Source of the DNA: Candidatus Iainarchaeum sp.
Lineage (GTDB): Archaea > Iainarchaeota > Iainarchaeia > Iainarchaeales > DTGL01
NCBI GenBank assembly: GCA_026413945.1
Contig: JAOAJX010000004.1
Span: forward strand, 51,281 to 115,280
Length of the DNA: 64,000 bases
Reading direction: 5' to 3'
Positions 48,283-57,607 of this stretch are shown in pieces. The translations under genes and the position numbers were made by a program. The notes under the pieces were generated by a model. The model was not told the DNA's origin. It saw nothing but the letters and a program-made list of their open reading frames with translations, and did not search any database. Every line of letters begins with the position of its first letter. The first letter of the stretch is position 1.

Positions 48283-50055
48283 ATGGAAAAGCACAGAATA
48301 AGCTTATTTGAAAGCATAGTTAAAAGCTACAAACAGGCATTAAAGGAAGTTAAAGAGAAAAAGAACGCTTTCATTTATGGGGAGCAATGCGGAAAAGCTG
48401 CTTTTTTTTCTATTGCACCGCTTAGTAGAGCACTGCATGATCTTGGACTAGACATAAACGTAAAAATAAGCTATAAAGGCATTGACAAAAATTATGAAAT
48501 CATAAGGAATATATGGGCTGCATATGAGCGTAAGGACTCTAAAGAAGGCAAGTTATTATGTGAGTTCATTTCGCTTGTAGAAAAAAATAAAAATGGGGCT
48601 GGTTTTAGTAGAAACTTCAAGAGGCCTGATTTGACCATTGAAATGAAAAAAGATGGTTTTCTGGTAAATGGCAGTAAAATGCTGCCATATGATGCAAATT
48701 GGTTCAGAAAATATGATGAGAAAAAAATGGATGAAACATGCAAAAAGATAATTTCGGAAGGCTATGCGCTTAAAAGAAGAGAAAGCTTTTCAATAGGATT
48801 TGTGCTCGTGCCAGCAAAAAGGAAGATTGAGTTGCCATTAGAAGATCATCTTGATAGCTTTGCAATTGCTTATCACATGGCAAAAATAGCTGCTTTGAGG
48901 TGCAAAAGAGTTGTAATGTCATCAAGCACCGAGCGGAAATCAAAGCTAGATGTTCCTGAGCCAGTGTCAGATCTCTTCGCTACTATTGGTGCTTGTGAAT
49001 ACGAAAAGAACATAAAGGAAAGGCAATTTGAGATATTCAAAAAGTTGTCTAACATAATTGGCATAGGCAAATGGCAATATAGTGATGCATCATTTGCAAT
49101 AGTTGGCAGCGGCTATCATGGCAAGCACATATTCGGGCTTGCAGTAGGATACCCTTCTCCTGATAAAAGGACACGGTGGTCTGTGCCAGGCCAAATGTTT
49201 CTAAAGCCAGCCTGGCATGAGCAAAGCAAGATTGACAAAAGACCGCCAAAAACTAGGCATCAGATAACAGAAACAATACCAATAGAGGAATTCATACAGA
49301 CATGCAATATTGATTATAAAAAAATGCGTATAAGAAATATAAAAATTAAGAGGATTATAGAAAGAAGTGATAAGCTTATTGTTGAAAGTGAGATTAATGG
49401 CAAAAATACAAACTTAGTTGTTGTGCTTAAAGCAAATAGAAGAAGATGTGAAGTTCAGAGGAGTGACTCGGATACGAGGAGCAAGATAGACAAAGAAGTG
49501 TTGAAAAAAAGTGGCATAATATCCGGGACGTATGATAACATACCTGGTGGAGAAGTTTTTTTTACACCAAAAAGTATCTTTGGGGTGGCAGTAGGTGATG
49601 TAGTAATTAATATAGATCATAGCTATGTGCTGAGCAGTAAGAACCCATTAATAGTAAAATTTTCAGGAAAAAAATGGTCGCTGATAAAAGCGCCAAAAAA
49701 AGTTAAAAAAAGGATTGATAAGGAGTTAGCTGACTCAAAAAAACTTATAAAAATGTATGAGAAAAGTGGCTCACTTCCAAAAAAAATAATTAATTCATAT
49801 AAGAAAAACTTCTTTGGAGTTGGAGAATTTGCCATAAATACAAATCCTGCGGCGAAGCTTTCAAGATATTTAATAGTAAATGAGAAGCTTGCTAACATGA
49901 TACACATCGCACTTGGCTCTGGCTTTGAACGTGGTACGCAAACAGTTTATCACTGGGATTTTGTAATTGATGTGCCAAGGCAAAAGATTAGTATAAAAGC
50001 AATTGACAAGAACAATGCAGTATACATAATCAGAAATGGCTCTTTTGTGGTATGA
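48283..50055 (+). CDS. M29 (AmpS/aminopeptidase T)-like metallopeptidase with long N-terminal region
   Basis: NIPGGEVF, GEFAINTNP, EK...IHIALG, HWD. Confidence 0.75.
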   Translation: MEKHRISLFESIVKSYKQALKEVKEKKNAFIYGEQCGKAAFFSIAPLSRALHDLGLDINVKISYKGIDKNYEIIRNIWAAYERKDSKEGKLLCEFISLVEKNKNGAGFSRNFKRPDLTIEMKKDGFLVNGSKMLPYDANWFRKYDEKKMDETCKKIISEGYALKRRESFSIGFVLVPAKRKIELPLEDHLDSFAIAYHMAKIAALRCKRVVMSSSTERKSKLDVPEPVSDLFATIGACEYEKNIKERQFEIFKKLSNIIGIGKWQYSDASFAIVGSGYHGKHIFGLAVGYPSPDKRTRWSVPGQMFLKPAWHEQSKIDKRPPKTRHQITETIPIEEFIQTCNIDYKKMRIRNIKIKRIIERSDKLIVESEINGKNTNLVVVLKANRRRCEVQRSDSDTRSKIDKEVLKKSGIISGTYDNIPGGEVFFTPKSIFGVAVGDVVINIDHSYVLSSKNPLIVKFSGKKWSLIKAPKKVKKRIDKELADSKKLIKMYEKSGSLPKKIINSYKKNFFGVGEFAINTNPAAKLSRYLIVNEKLANMIHIALGSGFERGTQTVYHWDFVIDVPRQKISIKAIDKNNAVYIIRNGSFVV

Positions 50056-51159
50056 TTGCTCTTGATGAAAATGAAAGAGATAATTAAAAAAAGGCATTTA
50101 GAGCTGTTAAAGAACATCGATGTTGATATAGCTTATTTTCCAAATTTTTCAAACGAGGCCTCATTTTGCTATTTGACTGATCTGCCAGCGGGTAGCTTTA
50201 CATATAATTCTTTGGTAATAAAGCGCAGAGCTGGCGCTTTTTTACTTTGCAATGCCCTTCAGGACAAAATATTAAAGGAGTTTGCACTAAGCCGTGGTTT
50301 TAAGCTTGTTAATACTAGGGAAAAAGGATATTGGGCAACTTTAAGGAAACTTATTGAAAAGAAAAACGTTGGCATAAATTATGCAGAAGTAAGCGTTGCT
50401 CTTGCAAGAAAGATAAGAAAAGAGACTGGTGCAAAGTTGTGTGATATAAGGAGTAAAATAGAAAAAATGCGAGAAGTGAAAGACCGTGATGAAGAAAAAC
50501 GCTTAAGGATTTCTGCTAAGACAATAAGTCAAGTGATGGATAAGGTTCCGTCTTTTATCAAGAAGGGCCTGTCTGAAAAAGATTTGGCAGAAAAGATAGA
50601 TGCAGAAATAAGGATCTTGGGGTCTGAGCCCGCATTTCAAACAATTGTTGCTTCAGGAAAAAATGCAGCCACGCCACATCACATACCAACAAGCAAAAAG
50701 ATAGAGAAAGGGTTTCTCATAATTGATTGCGGAGCAAGATATAAAAACTATTGTTCAGATATAAGTAGAACTTTCTATTTAGGAAAAGCTAAAAAAAGTG
50801 AAAAAGATATATATGCGTGCGTAGCTCAAGCCAAAATAATTGCTGAAGACTCAATAAGAGCTGGAAAAGATGCACGGAGCACTTTTGAAGAGGTTGATTC
50901 GTATATGAAAAGCAAAAGCCTTAAGCTTATACATGCCCTTGGCCATGGAATAGGCATCGAAGCACATGATTTACCTGGAAGAATAAGCAATGACAGCAAA
51001 TTTAGTTTTAGAACAGGTTTATGTTTTACCCTTGAACCAGCGGCTTATGGCACTTTTGGAGGCATTCGCATAGAAGATGACTATATCATGAAAGGAAAAA
51101 AGCTGAAGAAAATATCTTCAGCAAAATATACTGATACGCTTTTAGAAATTAAAAATTAG
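50056..51159 (+). CDS. Xaa-Pro peptidase (M24B)
   Basis: PHH, IDCG, YCSDISRT, HALGHGIG, LEP, GIRIEDD. Confidence 0.93.
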   Translation: MLLMKMKEIIKKRHLELLKNIDVDIAYFPNFSNEASFCYLTDLPAGSFTYNSLVIKRRAGAFLLCNALQDKILKEFALSRGFKLVNTREKGYWATLRKLIEKKNVGINYAEVSVALARKIRKETGAKLCDIRSKIEKMREVKDRDEEKRLRISAKTISQVMDKVPSFIKKGLSEKDLAEKIDAEIRILGSEPAFQTIVASGKNAATPHHIPTSKKIEKGFLIIDCGARYKNYCSDISRTFYLGKAKKSEKDIYACVAQAKIIAEDSIRAGKDARSTFEEVDSYMKSKSLKLIHALGHGIGIEAHDLPGRISNDSKFSFRTGLCFTLEPAAYGTFGGIRIEDDYIMKGKKLKKISSAKYTDTLLEIKN

Positions 51160-51168
51160 CATACTTCG

Positions 51169-51609
51169 CTATTTATTGGCATTTGCTTCTCTTTTAGCTT
51201 TGCGTCTATTTGAATAATCTCTTGCTATTTTCAGAAATGCGCCGAAGTAAAGGAGCAGAAGCGCGATGACTGTTGCCCCCAAGGCAAGCAAGTACTCGCC
51301 GATGCCTGTAGCTATGCCTATTGCTGCCACTACCCAAACGCTTGAGGCAGTTGTCATTCCAGAGCTTCTAGTTCTCGACCTAAATATTGCTCCACCGCCG
51401 AGAAAGCCAATTCCAGTAACTATGCCTGCTGCAACTCTGGATGGGTCAGCAGCACCCGAGAAACTGCCCGAAACCAAGGTAAAAAGACATGACCCCATGC
51501 ATACAATAGCACATGTGCGTATGCCTGCAGGCTTGTGCTTGCTCTCCCTTTCAAGTCCTATTACCATACCAAAAAGAGTTGAAAGGATTAGCTTTATTAG
51601 CCCTTCCAT
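51169..51609 (-). CDS. MgtC/SapB-family membrane protein
   Basis: IGLERE..HKPAGIRT, DPSRVAAGIVTGIGFLGGG, GMTTAS. Confidence 0.95.
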   Translation of the reverse strand: MEGLIKLILSTLFGMVIGLERESKHKPAGIRTCAIVCMGSCLFTLVSGSFSGAADPSRVAAGIVTGIGFLGGGAIFRSRTRSSGMTTASSVWVVAAIGIATGIGEYLLALGATVIALLLLYFGAFLKIARDYSNRRKAKREANANK

Positions 51610-51708
51610 TTCTAAGCCTATCAGAGCAACACCTTTTTCATTAATTGCTTGAATTATAAAGGAAAGAAAAGCTTTTAATATTTAAATTGCTTATTTTTTT
51701 GTGATTTT

Positions 51709-52332
51709 ATGGAGATTGATGGCATTGAATTTGTCTGGCTTGGCCATTCTGCCTTTAAGATAAAGGCAGAGGGGCTTGTTCTTTACATAGACCCTTTTGA
51801 GATAAGCGGAAATGAGAAAGCAGATATAATACTAATTACGCATGACCACTATGACCACTGCTCAGAAAAAGATCTTCAAAAAATAATAAAGGATAAAACT
51901 CAAATTGTGTGCACAAAGACAACAGCCCTAAAGCTAAAAACCAAAACAATTACAATAGAACCAAACCAAGAAAAAAATGTTTTTGGTATTGGAATCAAAG
52001 CAGTGCCTGCCTATAATTGCGGAAAGCAGTTCCATCCAAAAGGAAATGGGATTGGCTTTATTTTAAATATTGTTGGGAAGCGGATATATCACGCAGGTGA
52101 TACAGACTTAATACCGGAGATGCAAAACATTTCCAAAATAGATATAGCGCTTCTGCCAGTTGGCGGAAAATACACTATGAACGCTGAAGAAGCCGCTGAA
52201 GCTGCAGAAATAATAAAGCCCAAGGTTGCGATTCCAATGCACTATGGCTCCATAGTTGGAAGCCAAAAAGATGCCCAAACATTTAAGGAGCTTTATTCTG
52301 GACGCACTCTTATCTTAAACAAAAACCAGTGA
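51709..52332 (+). CDS. Metallo-beta-lactamase-fold hydrolase
   Basis: WLGHS, THDHYDH, YHAGDT, PMHYG. Confidence 0.92.
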   Translation: MEIDGIEFVWLGHSAFKIKAEGLVLYIDPFEISGNEKADIILITHDHYDHCSEKDLQKIIKDKTQIVCTKTTALKLKTKTITIEPNQEKNVFGIGIKAVPAYNCGKQFHPKGNGIGFILNIVGKRIYHAGDTDLIPEMQNISKIDIALLPVGGKYTMNAEEAAEAAEIIKPKVAIPMHYGSIVGSQKDAQTFKELYSGRTLILNKNQ

Positions 52333-52339
52333 AGCTAAA

Positions 52340-53119
52340 ATGGTATACAAAATAAGCCCATTAAGTAGAGATGAAACACTTTTTTCAAACATTGATTCCT
52401 TGGATCCTGATTTCGTACCAAGAGTCATACCTTTTCGCGAAACTGAGCAAAAAGAGATTGCACTTGCTCTAGAGCCTTTACTTTCTGGCTTAACAGCGAG
52501 AAACCTTCTAATATACGGCAAAAGCGGAATAGGTAAAACCCATGCTGTGCTTAGGGTTCTTGACGATTTTGCTGAGCTTAATATAAAGTCTTTTGTTGTA
52601 AATTGCTGGACAACACCAAACTCTGGACTTGTAATTAAGGAAATCTCAAGACAATTAGGCATTCCAAATGACTCAGATATGCAAAAAATAAAAATGAGGA
52701 TAAACAAACCTTGCGTTTTTGTGTTTGATGAAATTGATAAGGCAGAAGATTTGGGTTTTCTTTACTCATTTGCAGAAGAGATAAAAACGAAGGGGATTGT
52801 GCTTATTTCAAATAAAAGAGACTTCTTTGCTTCTGTCGATGAAAGGATAAGGTCAAGGATAATGCCGTTGCAGATAGAATTTAGGCAATACACTGAAAAA
52901 GAAATTTCTGCAATACTCTCCGAGCGCAGAAAATACGCTTTCTATGAAGGAACATGGCATAAGGATGCTATCGCGCTGCTTGAGAAGAAAACAGCTGAAA
53001 AGGGAGACATAAGGTTTGGCATAGCAATTATGAGATATGCTGGCTTAAACGCTGAAAAAGAGGCAAGCAGAATTGTATTTGAAAACCACGTTTTTAAGGC
53101 ACTAGAAAAAGTTCAGTAA
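52340..53119 (+). CDS. Cdc6/Orc1-family AAA+ ATPase lacking the C-terminal winged-helix domain
   Basis: LDPDFVP..IPFRE, GKSGIGKT, VNC, FDEID, RIRSR, GDIR; only 259 aa. Confidence 0.88.
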   Translation: MVYKISPLSRDETLFSNIDSLDPDFVPRVIPFRETEQKEIALALEPLLSGLTARNLLIYGKSGIGKTHAVLRVLDDFAELNIKSFVVNCWTTPNSGLVIKEISRQLGIPNDSDMQKIKMRINKPCVFVFDEIDKAEDLGFLYSFAEEIKTKGIVLISNKRDFFASVDERIRSRIMPLQIEFRQYTEKEISAILSERRKYAFYEGTWHKDAIALLEKKTAEKGDIRFGIAIMRYAGLNAEKEASRIVFENHVFKALEKVQ

Positions 53120-53646
53120 TTATTGGTGGCTGTTTGTTGCGGCTTGATTTCCCCAAAACACTGCCGAAACTTTTCTGTTGTTTTAAGCAAATATGTTCTA
53201 CCTTGCTTTTCCCTTTCAATATACTGCTTTTCAAGAAGGAATTTTATATGTTCATATGCTTTGCTATTTCGGTATTTCACAACTAACGACTGCTTTATTG
53301 GTTCTTTAACTGCAATAAGAGCAAGAGTTCTCTGTATGCTTTTATTTATTTCTGCGGTGGTTGCAAGATGCCTTACTTTTTGAATATACTCCGGCTTGAC
53401 ACGCATCTGATATGTGCCGTCAAGGCAAAATATTTCAACGCTGGAGTTTCTCTGCTTGTATTCTTCAACGAGTTCATTCAGCATTTTTTCTAAAAGAGTA
53501 GTATGTTTTATATTCAAAAGCTTTGATAATTCTTCAATGTTTAGAGAGCCTGGCGCAATGAAAAGAGCTGATTCAATTACCCTTTTGTGTTCTTCCCATG
53601 ATTTGCATGCGCTAAGCAAATTCCTTAATTCTTTCAAACTATACAC
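53113..53646 (-). CDS. scpB: Segregation and condensation protein B (start may be TTG 53637)
   Basis: IESALF, TLALIAVKEPI, R...AYEHI..L, TT.KF...FG. Confidence 0.92.
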   Translation of the reverse strand: MYSLKELRNLLSACKSWEEHKRVIESALFIAPGSLNIEELSKLLNIKHTTLLEKMLNELVEEYKQRNSSVEIFCLDGTYQMRVKPEYIQKVRHLATTAEINKSIQRTLALIAVKEPIKQSLVVKYRNSKAYEHIKFLLEKQYIEREKQGRTYLLKTTEKFRQCFGEIKPQQTATNNY

Positions 53647-53707
53647 CTTAATAAAAATAATGCACTAACCATAATAAATTTTACTTTTAAATTTTATTTT
53701 TTTGAAA

Positions 53708-55885
53708 TTAAAAGAATATAGGATATATTGGGAAAAGTGAGGCAAAAAGTATTGAAACCACAGACATCAGCTTCAGCAATATGTCAAGCGATGGACCTAC
53801 AGTATCTTTCAAGGGATCGCCAACAGTGTCGCCTATTACTGACGATATGTGTGCTTCTGAACCTTTGCCGCCATGGTGTCCTTCTTCAATATACTTTTTT
53901 GCATTGTCAAGTGCGCCACCTGTATTTGCGCAATAAACTGCAAGTTGCATACATGATAACAAGCCGCCTATTAAGAAACCAGCTAAAGCATACCTTCCGA
54001 GAACAAAGCCAATTACAAATGGCATTACAAGTGCAATAAATGCTGGCAAAAGAAGCTTCTTTAAAGCATTTTCAGATGTGATAGCAATACATTTTTTATA
54101 GTCAGCAATCTCCTTGCCTTCAAGTATGCCTGGTCTTTCCTTAAATTGGCGCTTTATCTCTTCAACAAGTTTATCTGCAGTGTCGCTTACTGCCTGAATA
54201 AGAACTGCTGAAAAGACATATGGAACCATCGCACCAATAAAAAGAGCTGCAATTACAGAAGCTCCTATGTTTATCCTTGTGCTCAATAATGAAACTTCTG
54301 GTATTACAACTTCTTGGGCTGAACCGATAGCAGACCAAAGATAAGCAGCTATGAGAGCAAGAGCTGCAAAGGCTGCAGAACCAATTGCAAATCCTTTTCC
54401 AACTGCTGCAGTTGTATTGCCAATTGCATCAAGCTTATCTGTTATTTTTCTAACTTTTGCTGGCAATTCTGCGCCTTGTGCTATGCCACCTGCGTTGTCA
54501 GCTATGGGCCCATAGGTGTCAATGCTGACATTCATTGCAACGAAGGAAAGCATACCTAATGCGCCATAAGCAACACCGAGCAGGCCTGCCAACTGATATG
54601 TGATCATTATGGCTGCAGCAACAATAATACCTGGGATAAGCGTTGACATCTTACCTAAAGCCATTCCTGCGGTTATACCTATGCCTGTACCAGAAGCAAC
54701 TTCTTCAGCAAGCCTCTTTACCGGAGCAAACTTATTAGATGTGTAATATTCTGCAACGTAGCCAATGATAAGGCCTGTGATTGCTCCTATTATTACAGAA
54801 ATAAACAAGTTTTGGTTAATTGGCATATAGAAGTTTATGATGTAGATAAAGGCCAATGTGAGGATAGCACTTATCCAAAGGCCATGCATTAGCAGCTTTT
54901 CGGGATCTGCTTTTCTCATTGGAAAGCGAATGTAAAGCACTGCAATTATTGTAGCCACTATGCCTGAAGCACAGATAAGCAGAGGGAACATTAGCAAGTG
55001 CCAGTAAGCAAAAGATGGCTCTAAAACGCCAATCTTTGAGAAAAGCTGTGCTATATCATTATTATTCCTTCCAACGTACATGTAAAGCAATATTACCAAA
55101 ACAGATATTATAGCACCTACGAATGACTCAAGCAAGTCTGCCCCCAAACCACCGACATCGCCGACATTGTCACCAACATTATCAGCTATTGTAGCCGGGT
55201 TCCTTGGATCATCTTCAGGAAGGTGCTTCTCTGCTTTGCCAACTAAATCAGCAGCCATGTCCGCAGCTTTTGTATAAATTCCACCGCCCACTCTGTCTAT
55301 AAGAGCAACAAAAGAAGCACCCATTGAGTAGGCGCTAATTATCAGCGCTGCTTTTATGAAGTTTACATTTCGCCCAAGAATGTCACTTAACAGAGGGATG
55401 GGTTTTGATTCAATGTAAAGAACTTCAGGCTTAAATTCATGTGAGAAAACAAAGAGTAGGATAACGAGCCCAATTAAAGCAAGGCAAGCAACAGCAAGAC
55501 CCATTACACTGCCACCGGCAATTGCTATTTTGAAAGCTTTTAATTCATCTTTTTGTGCAGCGTTAGTTACTTTGGCATTTGCAATTGTAGCAGTGTTCAT
55601 ACCTATAAAACCTGCTGCCATTGAAAGAGTGGCACCAAGAAGAAATGCAAAGGCTACTTCCCAATAAAAGAGAATCCAAAGCAAAGCAGCTATGCAAACT
55701 GATATTAAGCCGAAAACTTTTGCTTCTTTAAACATAAATGTCCATGCGCCCTCTCTGATGTATTTTTGGATCTCTTGCATACGTTCATTTCCAGAGCTTT
55801 GTTTTGCCACGTGTGCATGATTTACATAGCTTACCAGCATACCAATGAAAGCAGCTAGAAAAGGCACCAATAATAGCAAAAGCAT
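53708..55885 (-). CDS. hppA: Membrane-bound K+-dependent, probably Na+-translocating pyrophosphatase
   Basis: GGIYTKAADMAADLVGK, EDDPRNPATIADNVGDNVGD, GADLLESF, GNTTAA (Ala = K+-dependent class), GDTVGDPLKD. Confidence 0.95.
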   Translation of the reverse strand: MLLLLLVPFLAAFIGMLVSYVNHAHVAKQSSGNERMQEIQKYIREGAWTFMFKEAKVFGLISVCIAALLWILFYWEVAFAFLLGATLSMAAGFIGMNTATIANAKVTNAAQKDELKAFKIAIAGGSVMGLAVACLALIGLVILLFVFSHEFKPEVLYIESKPIPLLSDILGRNVNFIKAALIISAYSMGASFVALIDRVGGGIYTKAADMAADLVGKAEKHLPEDDPRNPATIADNVGDNVGDVGGLGADLLESFVGAIISVLVILLYMYVGRNNNDIAQLFSKIGVLEPSFAYWHLLMFPLLICASGIVATIIAVLYIRFPMRKADPEKLLMHGLWISAILTLAFIYIINFYMPINQNLFISVIIGAITGLIIGYVAEYYTSNKFAPVKRLAEEVASGTGIGITAGMALGKMSTLIPGIIVAAAIMITYQLAGLLGVAYGALGMLSFVAMNVSIDTYGPIADNAGGIAQGAELPAKVRKITDKLDAIGNTTAAVGKGFAIGSAAFAALALIAAYLWSAIGSAQEVVIPEVSLLSTRINIGASVIAALFIGAMVPYVFSAVLIQAVSDTADKLVEEIKRQFKERPGILEGKEIADYKKCIAITSENALKKLLLPAFIALVMPFVIGFVLGRYALAGFLIGGLLSCMQLAVYCANTGGALDNAKKYIEEGHHGGKGSEAHISSVIGDTVGDPLKDTVGPSLDILLKLMSVVSILFASLFPIYPIFF

Positions 55886-55918
55886 AAAATCACCATAGGA
55901 AGCAAAAATTAAATGATA

Positions 55919-55950
55919 TAATGTTATAAACAAGTAATGTTATAAACAAG
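55919..55950. repeat. Perfect 16-bp tandem duplication TAATGTTATAAACAAG x2
   Basis: 55919-55934 is identical to 55935-55950, in the divergent hppA/nnr promoter region. Confidence 0.9.
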
Positions 55951-55983
55951 AAGTATTTAATCTTTTTCTTTAATATTTTCATT

Positions 55984-57366
55984 GTGCCACTAAATCAAGA
56001 ATTGCAAAGAGCAGATATAATAAAAAAATCTAAAATAATAGAAGAAAACGCATTGTATTACGGCTTTGAAAGGCTGCAAATAGCAGAGGCTGCAGGCAAA
56101 GCAATTGCTGAGCAATTTAAAAAAGACTTTGGTTTTAATAGAAGCATAGCAATATGCTGTGGAATTGGCAGGAAAGGCACATTTGGCCTTTCTGCAGCAC
56201 GGCATCTTGCATCAAATAATAGGGTTTCAATACATATTTTTGGACATATCGAGCGCTGTCAAAGGCCGGACTATATACATAATTTGAAGATTATCGCCAA
56301 CTCATTTTTGCCTGCAAAATATTACACAGACTCATCTGATGTCCCAAAGGAGATTCCTGGTGAAATAATAATAGAGTGTTTAGACGAAGAAGATCGCGAC
56401 AGTTTGCAGATAATAAATTCGGCTTTAAAAGCAATTAAAAGCTCGAAAGCAAGAAAGTTAAGTATTGACTTTCCATGTAATAGTCTCAGGCCAGAAAGGA
56501 CATATTCTTTGCTTTTTAGAAAAAGTGAGGATTCGGTTGTTATTGATATTGGAATTCCAAAAGAATTTTTATTTTTTACAGGGCCTGCCAATGTGAAATA
56601 CCTTTCACAAAGGCAGATGACAAGCAAAAAAGGAGATAATGGAATTATACTAATAATTGCTGGATCAAAAAAATACCATGGAGCGGCGGTTTATTCTGGT
56701 TTGGCAGCTTCAATGTTCTCAGATCTTGTATTCTTGCTAAGTGAAAAGGAAAATATACCTATTATGAAAAAGACCTCACCTGAGCTTATAGTAGGTGAGA
56801 TTAATAAGAAAAACATTAAGGACTTTTGCAAAAGAGCCGATGTTGTGCTTGTAGGCCCGGGATTAAGCGATTCCAAAAAGAACAGAAAGCTTCTAAATTT
56901 TTTGTTTGTTAATCAAATTAGCAAAAAATTCGTTGTTGATGCCGGCGGATTTAATGTTGTGAAGAAAAAGCACTTGAGCAGAAATTTCCTTCTCACACCA
57001 CATCGTGGCGAATTTAATAGGTTTTTTGGATGTGAAGCAACACCAAGAAATGCACTTATAACGGCTAAGCAGCATAAATGCAATATTTTATTGAAAGGGC
57101 CTGTTGATTATATAAGTGATGGCAATGCAATTTATTGCAACTTCACTGGCAATGCACTTATGACAGCCGGCGGCACGGGTGATGTTCTTGCTGGTGTTTG
57201 CGCTGCTTTTGCAGCAAAAAACCATTTGCTTGACTCAGCACTCGCTGCTTCCTTCCTCGTTGGGTTAGCAGGAGATTTAATAGCAAACAAAGGCTCTGGA
57301 CTTAATGCAACAAAACTTATTGAAAAGCTCCCAGAGGCAAAAAAGATTTGCGAAAAGTGGAAATAA
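55984..57366 (+). CDS. nnr: NAD(P)HX repair protein (degenerate YjeF_N epimerase domain plus dehydratase)
   Basis: KGDNG..LIIAGS..Y.GA, VGPG, VVDA, LTPHRGEF, LLKG, GGTGDVLAG. Confidence 0.9.
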   Translation: MPLNQELQRADIIKKSKIIEENALYYGFERLQIAEAAGKAIAEQFKKDFGFNRSIAICCGIGRKGTFGLSAARHLASNNRVSIHIFGHIERCQRPDYIHNLKIIANSFLPAKYYTDSSDVPKEIPGEIIIECLDEEDRDSLQIINSALKAIKSSKARKLSIDFPCNSLRPERTYSLLFRKSEDSVVIDIGIPKEFLFFTGPANVKYLSQRQMTSKKGDNGIILIIAGSKKYHGAAVYSGLAASMFSDLVFLLSEKENIPIMKKTSPELIVGEINKKNIKDFCKRADVVLVGPGLSDSKKNRKLLNFLFVNQISKKFVVDAGGFNVVKKKHLSRNFLLTPHRGEFNRFFGCEATPRNALITAKQHKCNILLKGPVDYISDGNAIYCNFTGNALMTAGGTGDVLAGVCAAFAAKNHLLDSALAASFLVGLAGDLIANKGSGLNATKLIEKLPEAKKICEKWK

Positions 57367-57471
57367 AAGGCAAATCCAAAAAAGTTACTATTGCAAATAT
57401 ATGTTATTTCAAGAGTTTATTTTGCTAACCAAATACTAATTTAATGATTTTATGGGAAGTATAGATTAGTG

Positions 57472-57537
57472 TTGGGAGTGAGGGGGTAAGTCATACCGCT
57501 GAGCGGATCCCTGGCTTACCCTTCATACACCTCACAA
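57472..57537. ncRNA. Candidate structured RNA / GC-rich long hairpin of unknown family
   Basis: GGGTAAGTCA(57484-93)/TGGCTTACCC(57512-21) stem, inner CCGC-TGA-GCGG, outer GTGAGG/CCTCAC; lies between convergent genes. Confidence 0.4.
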
Positions 57538-57607
57538 GTTCTTTTTCTATTAGCCTCTTTAAGCTGTAAAAATTAGTACTTAGTATAAGCATGGCATCAG
57601 CAATTAT

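Noticed and set aside
20180-53646. scpA and scpB 32 kb apart with no smc in the window
   Set aside because: Dispersal of condensin genes is common in archaea; smc may lie elsewhere.
57491-57526. Minus-strand micro-ORF MKGKPGIRSAV preceded by GAGGTG
   Set aside because: The SD-like hexamer is only 1 nt from the ATG (about 5 nt in real genes here), and the ORF lies wholly within the hairpin; better explained by the structure.
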